Shown here in pieces: positions 9,103 through 17,979 of a stretch of 64,000 nt of DNA (the first letter of the stretch is position 1; each line of letters begins with the position of its first letter). The notes under the pieces are model-generated. The model had not been told where the DNA came from, did no database searches, and worked only from the letters and a program-made list of their open reading frames with translations. Source of the DNA: a virus; the IMG/VR virus record IMGVR_UViG_3300002835_000148. One strand, written 5' to 3'. The position numbers and the translations under genes are program-made.

Positions 9103-9810
9103 ATGGCTAAACCATATCAAAAGTACAGTAAAACGCGCCGCCCCGTTAGTAAAACTCCCGGAAAAGTCAGTGCAACGCCGGAAAAACTCCCTGAGCCTAA
9201 GACCTCCCGCATAGGAAGAATGGCCTCTCGCACTCTCGGCGGGTTGGGGCTTATGGCTTACAGCCCTGCGGTTGGAGAAGGATCAGATAAGCCCAAAAAC
9301 TATCCGGGAGAAGGGTTGAAAGCGAAGGAAAAATCTTCCCCTGCAAAGCCCACTGCTACCGGAATGGAGCGATATAGAGAACCTGCGACTTCGGCCCGTG
9401 CATCTTCTGCGGCGGCAAAGCCCGTGAGCGCCCCGGTGAAAGTTTCTGAATACCCGCCAAAAGGGTCGTCTATTGACACCACTGAGCTTAAACGCTATCG
9501 GGATACTAACGCAGCGGATAGTTCTAAAGCAAAACCTTCTACCCCCGCTTCCACTAAGCCGGTAAAACGCCCAGTGAAAAGCGCTAGCACCAGCTCTGCA
9601 AGTGCTAGAAAAAGTTCGGCAAGCGATAGATATGATCCAAACCTTGATTCTTCTGTAGCAGTGGGCACCACCGCCCGTGCTTCTATGGGGCCATCAGGTA
9701 TGCGCTATGAAAATACTCCTCGCGGGCAGACTTTCAAAAAGGGCGGGTCTGTCAAAAGCCGTGGTGACGGCATAGCGCAACGCGGGCATACTAAAGGAAG
9801 GTTTGTGTAA
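9103..9810 (+). CDS. Basic Ser/Pro/Ala/Lys-rich low-complexity protein (235 aa)
   Basis: Composition-biased ORF ending FKKGGSVKSRGDGIAQRGHTKGRFV. Confidence 0.55.
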   Translation: MAKPYQKYSKTRRPVSKTPGKVSATPEKLPEPKTSRIGRMASRTLGGLGLMAYSPAVGEGSDKPKNYPGEGLKAKEKSSPAKPTATGMERYREPATSARASSAAAKPVSAPVKVSEYPPKGSSIDTTELKRYRDTNAADSSKAKPSTPASTKPVKRPVKSASTSSASARKSSASDRYDPNLDSSVAVGTTARASMGPSGMRYENTPRGQTFKKGGSVKSRGDGIAQRGHTKGRFV

Positions 9811-10235
9811 TGGCTGGGGGAGGACAGAATATAGGCGAGCTGCTGAATCAGCAGAACCCGATGGGGCAGTTTAATACGCAGTCTGGCTATAATAATTTTG
9901 CCTCCCCTAACCAGAACTTCATGCAGTATCCACAGCAGGGGCAGCCAAACCAGCCCACCCAACCACCGGACTTTATGCCTGTGCTGGCAAGCCAAACACC
10001 TCCTGTTATCAACACGGGTGGGCCTAATGCTGGAGGGGATTACCCAAGCACGAACATGGGTTTTGACGGCAGTGGGAGTGATAGCGGAGTTGGAGGGCAG
10101 CCTGTAACGCAGCCGCAGACGCCTTTACAGCAAGGTAATAAGCCTATAGGATTGAATCAATATCGTCCACAGCAAGGGCTTCAGATTCAGGGTAATCCAA
10201 CTGCATCATTTGTGCAAAACCCCCAACAGAGATAA
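9810..10235 (+). CDS. Gln/Asn/Pro/Gly-rich low-complexity protein (141 aa)
   Basis: TAATG overlap with the upstream stop. Q/N/P-rich throughout. Confidence 0.5.
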   Translation: MAGGGQNIGELLNQQNPMGQFNTQSGYNNFASPNQNFMQYPQQGQPNQPTQPPDFMPVLASQTPPVINTGGPNAGGDYPSTNMGFDGSGSDSGVGGQPVTQPQTPLQQGNKPIGLNQYRPQQGLQIQGNPTASFVQNPQQR

Positions 10236-10238
10236 AAC

Positions 10239-10529
10239 ATGCAACCGCAAGTCCGATCACAGACAGCCGCAGGATCAACTTCTCCAATAGTCACAGACTA
10301 CTACATCTCTCCGTTCAATGTAGGGTTTGGCGTTGTGGTATCTGGCACTGTTAACTACACCGTGCAGCATACCTTCGATGGTACTACATGGTTTGACCAT
10401 CCAACCATAGCAAGTAAAGGCACTAATCAGGACGGCAACTATGCTTTTCCTGTACTACAAGTTCGCCTAACAGTAAACTCAGGGGGTGGTACGGCTACTC
10501 TCACGCTGATTCAGGCGGGTAAACCCTAA
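10239..10529 (+). CDS. Hypothetical virion-module protein (96 aa)
   Basis: Tightly packed in the operon with beta-type composition. Confidence 0.5.
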   Translation: MQPQVRSQTAAGSTSPIVTDYYISPFNVGFGVVVSGTVNYTVQHTFDGTTWFDHPTIASKGTNQDGNYAFPVLQVRLTVNSGGGTATLTLIQAGKP

Positions 10530-10828
10530 TGCCCTATGTGGGTGGTTGGGGTACTGGGCCTTGGGGCACTGGGCCTTGGGGCACAACAGGCGCCGTTATT
10601 TCGTATGTAGGGTTTACAGGCGTTGCCAATCTCGCAAACACTTCGACAGGAACGGCGATTAGCGTTGTCGCTAATGCCTATAGTGATTTTGGTGATGACG
10701 TAGGGGACCACGGTGTTGTTGATCTATACACCACATATGTACCGCTCCCCACTGATTCCTTCATATCTATGGAGTCTACAGGATACGTCCTGCAAGAATC
10801 CGACAGCAAAATTTACCTAGAGACCTAA
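10529..10828 (+). CDS. Hypothetical protein with GTGPWGTGPW repeat (99 aa)
   Basis: TAATG overlap. A 15-nt tandem repeat encodes GTGPW twice at the N-terminus. Confidence 0.5.
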   Translation: MPYVGGWGTGPWGTGPWGTTGAVISYVGFTGVANLANTSTGTAISVVANAYSDFGDDVGDHGVVDLYTTYVPLPTDSFISMESTGYVLQESDSKIYLET

Positions 10829-10831
10829 TCA

Positions 10832-11830
10832 ATGCCTGACACAAAAATCTCAGCAATGCCCGGTGCAGCTACCCTCACGGGTACAGAGATTGTGCCGTTG
10901 GTTCAAACTGGGGCTAATGTTCAAACGACAGTAACCAATTTTGTTGGGCAGGCTCTTGACGTTACTCCTGCCACGATACCCAGAGGTGGTACCAACCTAA
11001 CAACCTACACGCTGGGGGATACTCTCTACTCCTCTGCTGCGAACACGTTAGCAAAGCTGGCGGGCAACACCACCACTACGCAGAAATTCTTGACTCAGAC
11101 CGGCACAGGTGCAGCTTCTGCTGCACCTGTATGGAAAGCGCTTAGCCCATCTGACATAAACACTCAGTACGGTGCGTTTCATTACGACTATACCACTACC
11201 CTGACAAGCACTATTAACGGTACTGTTGGTACTATTCCAGTTGTCTCCACGACAGGTTTTTCTTCGACTGGTGCACTCATCATTGGTAACGAGATTATCA
11301 CGTACACGGGTATTACAGCTACTTCGTTTACCGGGTGTACTCGCGGGGTAAATAGTTCAGTAGATAGCACACATACGGCTGGTGCTTATGTAGGAGGAGC
11401 GCAGGTTGCTACAGCAAACACGGCTACTTTGCTTCAGATCAATACAGTCGATCTCAGTAATGGTGTGTCGCTTAACACTACGACAAATGAGTTATCGGTA
11501 GCAGTAGCAGGCACGTACAACCTCGCTTTTAGCATCCAACTATTTAACACAGGTAACAGCCAAGATTTTAGCAATGTTTGGTTCGTACTTGATGGGGCAA
11601 ATATAGCCTCTACAGCGAGTTGGGCAACTACGGCGGCGAGATCGGGGCAAGTACCCGGAGCAGTAATTATGGCTGCTAATGTGTTTTTGACGCTGACAAC
11701 ATCCAATAAAGTCACTATGAAATGGTTAACTACCAATGGAGATACTTCCGTTGTAACCTATGCGCCTAGCGTAAGCCCGTCATATCCGGCAGCCCCTGCT
11801 GTCATCGTAACCGTCAATCAGGTGTCTTAA
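10832..11830 (+). CDS. Tail fibre-like protein
   Basis: The N-terminus MPDTKISAMPGAATLTGTEIVPLVQTG matches an N-terminal motif recalled from many phage tail fibres. The remainder is Thr/Ala/Gly/Asn-rich. Confidence 0.55.
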   Translation: MPDTKISAMPGAATLTGTEIVPLVQTGANVQTTVTNFVGQALDVTPATIPRGGTNLTTYTLGDTLYSSAANTLAKLAGNTTTTQKFLTQTGTGAASAAPVWKALSPSDINTQYGAFHYDYTTTLTSTINGTVGTIPVVSTTGFSSTGALIIGNEIITYTGITATSFTGCTRGVNSSVDSTHTAGAYVGGAQVATANTATLLQINTVDLSNGVSLNTTTNELSVAVAGTYNLAFSIQLFNTGNSQDFSNVWFVLDGANIASTASWATTAARSGQVPGAVIMAANVFLTLTTSNKVTMKWLTTNGDTSVVTYAPSVSPSYPAAPAVIVTVNQVS

Positions 11831-11988
11831 TGGCTAAAGAAATCTGGGACAAACCAAGGCCGAAAGGATTGGGCAAACCGAAGAAACTAAGCTCGGCTAA
11901 AAAGACTGCGGCCAAGGCTATGGCTAAAAAAGCAGGTCGTCCGTATCCGAATCTCGTTGATAACTTAAGAGCTGCGAGGAAGAAATAA
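11830..11988 (+). CDS. Small basic protein (52 aa, below ORF-track cutoff)
   Basis: Hand translation: MAKEIWDKPRPKGLGKPKKLSSAKKTAAKAMAKKAGRPYPNLVDNLRAARKK. TAATG overlaps at both ends. Confidence 0.5.
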   Translation: MAKEIWDKPRPKGLGKPKKLSSAKKTAAKAMAKKAGRPYPNLVDNLRAARKK

Positions 11989-12248
11989 TGGCTAAATCAC
12001 CTGCATGGACTAGAGCAGAAGGTAAGAATCCGAAGGGCGGCCTCAATGCAAAGGGTCGCGCTAGTGCTAAAGCTCAGGGCATGAACCTGAAACCCCCCGC
12101 TCCTAAACCCAAAACAGAAAAAGACGCAGCTAGGCGTAAGTCATTTTGCTCCCGTATGAAGGGTATGAAAAAGGTTAATACCTCTGCTAAGACAGCTAAA
12201 GACCCTAACAGCCGTATAAATAAAAGTCTGCGTGCTTGGAATTGTTAA
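11988..12248 (+). CDS. Small basic protein (86 aa)
   Basis: SPAWTRAEGKNPKGGLNAKGRAS...RKSFCSRMKGMKK...RINKSLRAWNC resembles a widespread small conserved protein family whose name I do not recall. Confidence 0.5.
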   Translation: MAKSPAWTRAEGKNPKGGLNAKGRASAKAQGMNLKPPAPKPKTEKDAARRKSFCSRMKGMKKVNTSAKTAKDPNSRINKSLRAWNC

Positions 12249-12260
12249 CTAGGAAAAGCT

Positions 12261-13319
12261 ATGGCAACTTACTTTACTCTCGATTTGGTGCCGCAAGGCG
12301 GTGGGTTGCTAGGGTCTCCTGTGTCTGTTGGAGTGGTAAACAACGGCACAACCTTTGCCGTTCCTATCTTTGAAGACGAAGCGTTAACTATACCACTGGC
12401 TAACCCCTTCAACATAACTACTACAAACATACACTTTTGGGTAGCTAATGGGGCAATAAGCTACGACATCCTTCTTAATGGGGGCAATCTTTTATCCCCT
12501 GTTACGATCAGCAACATCTGGACGTTACCGGGGCCGATCTGGGCTGATGTGTCTACATTTTGGGAAGACCGTGCCTCCGAGTGGGCGTACATTTCTCCCT
12601 ACATTGTCGCCGTGGCTTCTCGGTCTGAAGAGGCAATGTGGACGCCAGACATGGCGGAAATCATTGAAGAAGCCTATGAGCGATGTGGGGTCGAGGTTCG
12701 TACCGGCTACCAATTCCGCACTGCTAGGCGCAGCTTGAATCTACTCTTTCAAGAGTGGGCTAATCGTGGGTTGAACCTCTGGACTATCGAGCAGGGCGAA
12801 ATTCCTTTGAATGTCGGGCAGGTTGCCTATGAACTGCCGAATGATACTGTTGACCTGATAGAGCATGTAATACGCCAAAACCAAGGCAGTCAGTACAATC
12901 AGGTTGACCTGCAAATCTCACGCATCGCGGTGCCTACATACGCCACTATACCCAATAAACTCGCACAGGGTAGACCTATTCAGCTTTATGTAGACAGGCA
13001 AGCACCGACTCCGATTGTCCGAGTGTGGCCTACTGCGAATGTGACGGGATACACTTTGGTGTACTGGAGACTGCGGCGTATCAGAGATGCCATGAAGCCG
13101 GGGTATGGGCAGATGGATATTCCGTTTCGTTTCATGCCACCACTGATCGCTGGCCTTTCCTATTACCTGTCTTTGAAGGAAGTCAGTGCTACGAACAGAA
13201 CCCCAATGCTCAAGCAGATGTATGACGAAGCATTTGATCTTGCTAGCCGTGAGGACAGAGATCGTTCACCAGTAAGGTTTGTGCCGAGGATTGTAGGGAT
13301 TGGTAGCGGTGGCTGGTAA
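12261..13319 (+). CDS. Putative head-tail adaptor / tail tubular A-like protein
   Basis: 352 aa. The central segment (IIEEAYERCG...RRSLNLLFQEWANRGLNLW...YELP) resembles podovirus adaptor or tail proteins from memory. Unverified. Confidence 0.35.
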   Translation: MATYFTLDLVPQGGGLLGSPVSVGVVNNGTTFAVPIFEDEALTIPLANPFNITTTNIHFWVANGAISYDILLNGGNLLSPVTISNIWTLPGPIWADVSTFWEDRASEWAYISPYIVAVASRSEEAMWTPDMAEIIEEAYERCGVEVRTGYQFRTARRSLNLLFQEWANRGLNLWTIEQGEIPLNVGQVAYELPNDTVDLIEHVIRQNQGSQYNQVDLQISRIAVPTYATIPNKLAQGRPIQLYVDRQAPTPIVRVWPTANVTGYTLVYWRLRRIRDAMKPGYGQMDIPFRFMPPLIAGLSYYLSLKEVSATNRTPMLKQMYDEAFDLASREDRDRSPVRFVPRIVGIGSGGW

Positions 13320-13663
13320 TGTCTAAGAACTTCGCTTCTGAAAAAAAAGCCATAGGGCTATGCGATAGATGCGCCCAAAGATACCCTCTTAAGAAACTGC
13401 GAACCTATGTTGTCAAAGGTCGGGTCATCAATCAAAGGGTTTGCCCTACGTGCTGGGACCCAGATCACCCGCAATTATGGGTAGGCATTATCGGTGCTCA
13501 AAAGGCAACTAACGATCCTCAAGCCCTGAGAAACCCTCGTCCTGACACTAACCTGAATGACAGCAGAGGGTTGTTTGCGTGGAATCCTGTCGCCACTCAG
13601 ACCATAGCAACGACAGTCAATAGTGTTATAATTTCACAATTCGATTCATTCTCTGAAACCTAA
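13319..13663 (+). CDS. Zinc-ribbon protein (114 aa)
   Basis: CDRC...x23...CPTCWDPDHPQ is a four-Cys ribbon. TAATG overlap with the upstream gene. Confidence 0.5.
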   Translation: MSKNFASEKKAIGLCDRCAQRYPLKKLRTYVVKGRVINQRVCPTCWDPDHPQLWVGIIGAQKATNDPQALRNPRPDTNLNDSRGLFAWNPVATQTIATTVNSVIISQFDSFSET

Positions 13664-13676
13664 CGAGGTTAGTAAG

Positions 13677-13901
13677 ATGGCTAAGACTAAATGGGAAGGT
13701 TCTGCTAAAGACGTTGCCCAAGACAAAAAACTAGCGAAAAAGCACAAGATGTCTTTTTCTGACTGGGAGAAATCTTCAATGGACAAAAAGCATGATACGC
13801 AGAAGTCCATGAAGGGTCTAAAGAAGGGCGGTGTCACCACTGCTGAAGCTAAGAAAATGGGCCGTAATCTGGCCCGCGTTGCAAATCAGAGGACAAAGTA
13901 A
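13677..13901 (+). CDS. Small Lys-rich protein (74 aa)
   Basis: Basic, and contains KGLKKGGVTT. A GAGG RBS precedes it. Confidence 0.5.
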   Translation: MAKTKWEGSAKDVAQDKKLAKKHKMSFSDWEKSSMDKKHDTQKSMKGLKKGGVTTAEAKKMGRNLARVANQRTK

Positions 13902-14086
13902 TGCGTAAATCCAAACCTGTATGCTGCGATCATAAAGAAGGCAGCGCTGAGTACGCGGGTGTTAAACAAGTAGAAACCCCTAAAGGCAACGGCTATCCTG
14001 TAGAACTGACCGCAGAAAAAACTGTACAGGTTCGTGGTACTGGCGCTGCTACTAAAGGAACTAAAGCATCTAGCAAAATGGGCTAA
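13901..14086 (+). CDS. Small protein (61 aa)
   Basis: TAATG overlap. Ends RGTGAATKGTKASSKMG. Confidence 0.45.
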   Translation: MRKSKPVCCDHKEGSAEYAGVKQVETPKGNGYPVELTAEKTVQVRGTGAATKGTKASSKMG

Positions 14087-14088
14087 AG

Positions 14089-14730
14089 ATGAGCTTAACA
14101 TACGCGCAGTTGTCCACCGCTATTCAGCAATACACTCAGGTCAATGAGACAAGTTTTATTGCTAACATACCTAACTTTGTCCAAAACACAGAGGTCATTG
14201 TTAACAATGCGGTGCAACTGCCTGCGTCTAGGCAAACTGCTACGCTTACGGCCACTGCTGGAAGCCAATATCTGACGCTTCCTACGGGATTTTTGTCGAT
14301 GTTTTCTCTGGCAGTGTCTAGCCCCACAGAAGGCTACGTGTACCTTCTGAACAAGGATGTTAACTACATCACTGAAGCCTATCCATACCAGACCGCTCGC
14401 GGTCTCCCCGTTGCCTATGCGCTGAACAACGCATCTCAGATGATTCTTGGGCCAATCCCAAACAGTGCCTACTCCTTGGTCTTGAATTACTACGCTTACC
14501 CGCAGAGCATTGTAACCGCAGGAACTAGCTGGCTGGGAGAGAACTTCTCGAACGTACTTCTCTGGGGGTCTATAACAGAAGCCTATATTTACCTGAAAGG
14601 GGAAGCGGATTTGATCCAGACCTATCAGGCTAAATTCCAAGAAGCTCTGGCAGAACTGAAACAGCTAGTCGATGGCAAAGATCGTGGCGATACATACCGC
14701 AGAGGGCAAGTTAGGGATATGGTGACGTAA
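14089..14730 (+). CDS. Putative neck/connector-associated structural protein
   Basis: 213 aa. The N-terminus MSLTYAQLSTAIQQYT...IPNFVQNTE resembles conserved head-completion or adaptor-type phage proteins from memory. Confidence 0.35.
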   Translation: MSLTYAQLSTAIQQYTQVNETSFIANIPNFVQNTEVIVNNAVQLPASRQTATLTATAGSQYLTLPTGFLSMFSLAVSSPTEGYVYLLNKDVNYITEAYPYQTARGLPVAYALNNASQMILGPIPNSAYSLVLNYYAYPQSIVTAGTSWLGENFSNVLLWGSITEAYIYLKGEADLIQTYQAKFQEALAELKQLVDGKDRGDTYRRGQVRDMVT

Positions 14731-15164
14731 TGGCTATTTACCAGACTGTCGTATCTACATTCAAAAGTGAACTGCTGAGCGGGGTGCATGACTTCGCTTC
14801 TGGCGGAAGCACTTTCAAAATTGCCCTGTACTCGTCTATGGCTAATCTTGACTCGGCTACAGTGAGCTATACCGGAACTACAGGTGAAGTTCCCAACGGA
14901 AGCGGATATACTACAGGCGGAAAGACGTTAACAGGTCAGTCTATTACAGCATCAGGAACCGTTAGCTTTGTTGATTTTTCTGATGTTTCATGGATGGGCG
15001 CGTCGTTCTCCGCCGCAGGTGCTTTGATTTATAATGACTCTGCTGTCGGAAAGCCTGCTGTCCTCGTGCTCAATTTTGGTGGAACCTATCTGTCTACTAG
15101 CAGCACTTTTACAGTGAGCTTCCCCAACGCAACTAGCACTACGGCGCTTCTGATACTTAACTAA
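14730..15164 (+). CDS. Hypothetical structural protein (144 aa)
   Basis: TAATG overlap and Ser/Thr/Gly-rich beta-type composition. Confidence 0.45.
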   Translation: MAIYQTVVSTFKSELLSGVHDFASGGSTFKIALYSSMANLDSATVSYTGTTGEVPNGSGYTTGGKTLTGQSITASGTVSFVDFSDVSWMGASFSAAGALIYNDSAVGKPAVLVLNFGGTYLSTSSTFTVSFPNATSTTALLILN

Positions 15165-15184
15165 CGAGCATAAAAGGCCGCACA

Positions 15185-15340
15185 ATGAAAGAAATATCTC
15201 TGTTCCTTACCGTCGATGAAGTCAACGCTATTCTGGCTGTGTTGGGTGATCTACCTACCAAGTCAGGGGCGTTTCCTCTGGTCATAAAGATCAAGGAGCA
15301 GGCTGAAGAGCAGGTAAAGTCTGACGAAAGCGAAGCGTAA
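15185..15340 (+). CDS. Small acidic protein (51 aa, below ORF-track cutoff)
   Basis: Hand translation: MKEISLFLTVDEVNAILAVLGDLPTKSGAFPLVIKIKEQAEEQVKSDESEA. It precedes the endolysin. Confidence 0.4.
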   Translation: MKEISLFLTVDEVNAILAVLGDLPTKSGAFPLVIKIKEQAEEQVKSDESEA

Positions 15341-15351
15341 GGAGTAACGAG

Positions 15352-15723
15352 ATGGCCTTTGGCTTAAGTTCTAAGTCCTTGAAACGCCTTGAAGGGGTGC
15401 ACCCTGACTTGGTGAAAGTCGTCAAACGCGCTATTGAGATCACACCTATTGATTTCGTAGTAATTGAGGGCTTACGGACGAAAGAACGCCAGCACTATCT
15501 GGTAGCCAAAGGTGCATCCCAAACCATGAACTCCTACCATCTCACAGGCCATGCAGTAGACATAGCGCCACTCGTAGATGGGCAAGCTAGTTGGGATTGG
15601 AAGTATTACCATCAGTTAGCCCCTGCTATTAAACAAGCAGCTAAAGAGTTGGGTGTAGACATCACTTGGGGCGGTGATTGGCGAAAATTCAAAGATGGCC
15701 CGCATTGGCAGATACCGAGATGA
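15352..15723 (+). CDS. Endolysin, peptidase M15 (VanY / L-Ala-D-Glu peptidase type)
   Basis: SYHLTGHAVDI and DGPHWQ metal-ligand motifs plus GLRTKERQ are typical of M15 cell-wall peptidases. Confidence 0.85.
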   Translation: MAFGLSSKSLKRLEGVHPDLVKVVKRAIEITPIDFVVIEGLRTKERQHYLVAKGASQTMNSYHLTGHAVDIAPLVDGQASWDWKYYHQLAPAIKQAAKELGVDITWGGDWRKFKDGPHWQIPR

Positions 15724-15905
15724 AATTAAACCCTTTAGCAAGTTGGCTGCTAGATAGACTACGAGAGAAATCTACATGGTATGCCGTGCTGGGCCTTTTG
15801 GCCGCCTTAGATGTTCACTTCAACCCTGAACTTACGCAAAATATAACCGAGTTAGCTGTAGCTGTCGCTAGTGTGATAGCTTTCGTAACCAAAGAGGAAA
15901 AATAA
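15720..15905 (+). CDS. Holin-like small membrane protein
   Basis: ATGA overlap with the endolysin stop; the ORF track starts earlier at 15678. It has two hydrophobic segments, WYAVLGLLAALDV and LAVAVASVIAFV. Confidence 0.4.
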   Translation: MKLNPLASWLLDRLREKSTWYAVLGLLAALDVHFNPELTQNITELAVAVASVIAFVTKEEK

Positions 15906-17606
15906 ATGGCGTCTACTTATTCCCCCAATCTTCGCATTGAACTCATCGGTTACGGCGAACAGAACAACACATGGGGTACTACGACCAATACCAACCTTGG
16001 TACGCTGATTGAGCAGTCGATTGCTGGTCAAGCTGCTATAAATGTAACCGCAGGAGATGTACCCCTGTCGGTTGCCAATGGCGCTACTGACCAAGCTCGT
16101 CAGATGATTTTGGGAATTACAGGTACTCCGGGCACTGCTCGAACTGTCACTGCCCCCAGTGTTAGCAAGGTATATGTAGTAGCTAACGGATCAAATGCTA
16201 CTGTTACTGTAAAAACAGCCGCAGGCACGGGTGTTCCAGTTTCTGCTGGTAAAGCTAAATTTGTTTACTGCAATGGTACGGACTTCTATGAAGCTACCAC
16301 TGAGCAGGCCAGCGCAGCTATTACGAACCTCACTGTATCAGGCAATACCATACTAGGCGATGCGTCAGCAGATACTGTGACTATCAACGGAACAGTTCAG
16401 CCCGGTGTGGTTATATCTGGGTCTTCTAGCTCTAATGCCTTACGAATCACGCAGACTGGTTCGGGCAATGCTCTGGTGGTAGAGGATGACACTAATCCTG
16501 ATAGCAGCCCGTTCGTTGTTGAAGCGACTGGCGATGTTTTGATTGGAACAGCTACATCTATTGCGGGAGCATTTTCGGATACAGGAAAGTTACAGGTAGC
16601 AACAAATACTGGCGAAGCAACACAACACAATTATGCGTTCCTAAGTAACCCGAATGGGTCAATTATTTATCTTAACAAGTCCCGTTCAGGTACAATCGGC
16701 GCTAACACAATAGTCCAGAACGCTGATATTCTTGGGCAATTAGTGTTTGCAGGTGCGGACGGGTCATCTTACACAAGGGGAGCGGCTATCATAGCGGAAG
16801 TAGACGGCACCCCCGGCACTAACGATATGCCCGGAAGGTTGGTGTTCAGCACTACAGCGGATGGCGCTTCCTCCCCTACAGAACGGATGAGGATTGATAA
16901 CGCGGGGCGCGTAGGCATTAACGGCACGATCAGCACCGCCGCTTTACTTTCCTTAAGAGGAACATACCCTACAGACTCAGTTGCCGCATGCACAGTAGCT
17001 AATATCCAAGGTACTATTCCTAGTACCGTAACAGGAACATATAACGGCGTCTTTAATTTCCCAAGCACTGCTGCGAGTACAGCACTTACCACATTCAGAG
17101 GTTTTTCTTCCGCATTACAGACACTGGGCGCTTCTTCAACAATATCTGTAATGCAGGGCTTTTATGCTGACTCATCGTTGGTATCAGGTACTACCAATTA
17201 CGGCTTCTACTCGAATATAGCTACCGCTTCAGGCCGCTACAACTTTTACGCTGCTGGCACTGCTGACAACTTTTTCCAAGGCCCGATTAAAAGCAATGGT
17301 ACTGTAGCTGGCGGGTATTTCGCCCATTCAGCAGGTACGACCGCAATGATGCTTGGTTCTTATAATGTGGTCAAAGTAACGCCAAACGCAACGGCAACTT
17401 ATACTACTACTGTAGCTCCGGCAGGTGCTGAATCTTCCATTATCATCGTGACGAGCGGCACGACATCTTACACCATTACCTTCGGTACGGGGTTCTTAAC
17501 AACGGGCACACTGGCTACTGGCACTGTCACGGCTAAGACTTTCGTTGTAAACTTCGTATCAGATGGTACCACTATGATCGAAACTTCTCGCACTGTAGCG
17601 ATGTAA
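15906..17606 (+). CDS. Tail fibre / tail spike protein
   Basis: 566 aa. The N-terminus YSPNLRIELIGYGEQNNTWGTTTNTNLGTLIEQSIAG is a recalled tail-fibre N-terminal motif. The remainder is Thr/Gly/Ala/Ser-rich. Confidence 0.65.
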   Translation: MASTYSPNLRIELIGYGEQNNTWGTTTNTNLGTLIEQSIAGQAAINVTAGDVPLSVANGATDQARQMILGITGTPGTARTVTAPSVSKVYVVANGSNATVTVKTAAGTGVPVSAGKAKFVYCNGTDFYEATTEQASAAITNLTVSGNTILGDASADTVTINGTVQPGVVISGSSSSNALRITQTGSGNALVVEDDTNPDSSPFVVEATGDVLIGTATSIAGAFSDTGKLQVATNTGEATQHNYAFLSNPNGSIIYLNKSRSGTIGANTIVQNADILGQLVFAGADGSSYTRGAAIIAEVDGTPGTNDMPGRLVFSTTADGASSPTERMRIDNAGRVGINGTISTAALLSLRGTYPTDSVAACTVANIQGTIPSTVTGTYNGVFNFPSTAASTALTTFRGFSSALQTLGASSTISVMQGFYADSSLVSGTTNYGFYSNIATASGRYNFYAAGTADNFFQGPIKSNGTVAGGYFAHSAGTTAMMLGSYNVVKVTPNATATYTTTVAPAGAESSIIIVTSGTTSYTITFGTGFLTTGTLATGTVTAKTFVVNFVSDGTTMIETSRTVAM

Positions 17607-17622
17607 TTTAGAGGAAACACAA

Positions 17623-17976
17623 ATGGCAATATCAATCGAATGGATCGTTACCCGTCTTGAAGTAATACACAAAGACGGCCTTGAAAATGTAGCTGTTCAG
17701 GCATGTTTCGATGTCGAAGGATCAGATGGAGACCTAAAAGGGTTTACGCAGAGTGATGTGTCTTTCGCTAGTACCGATCCAGCTACGTTCACGCCTATCG
17801 AGCAAGTAACGAAGGAGCAGGCTGCCGCATGGGTAAAGAAGGCTCTAGGTAGTCGCGTTACGGAGTTTGAAGACCGCGTTATAGAACAGATTGAAAGACA
17901 GCGTGCCCCACAACCTAAGTCAATCGACCTGCCGTGGATGGCGGCCAGCGAGCCTGAACAGGCACCATTGGGTTAA
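17623..17976 (+). CDS. Hypothetical protein between fibre genes (117 aa)
   Basis: Acidic protein. Its position suggests a fibre accessory or chaperone role, which is inference only. Confidence 0.4.
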   Translation: MAISIEWIVTRLEVIHKDGLENVAVQACFDVEGSDGDLKGFTQSDVSFASTDPATFTPIEQVTKEQAAAWVKKALGSRVTEFEDRVIEQIERQRAPQPKSIDLPWMAASEPEQAPLG

Positions 17977-17979
17977 GCT

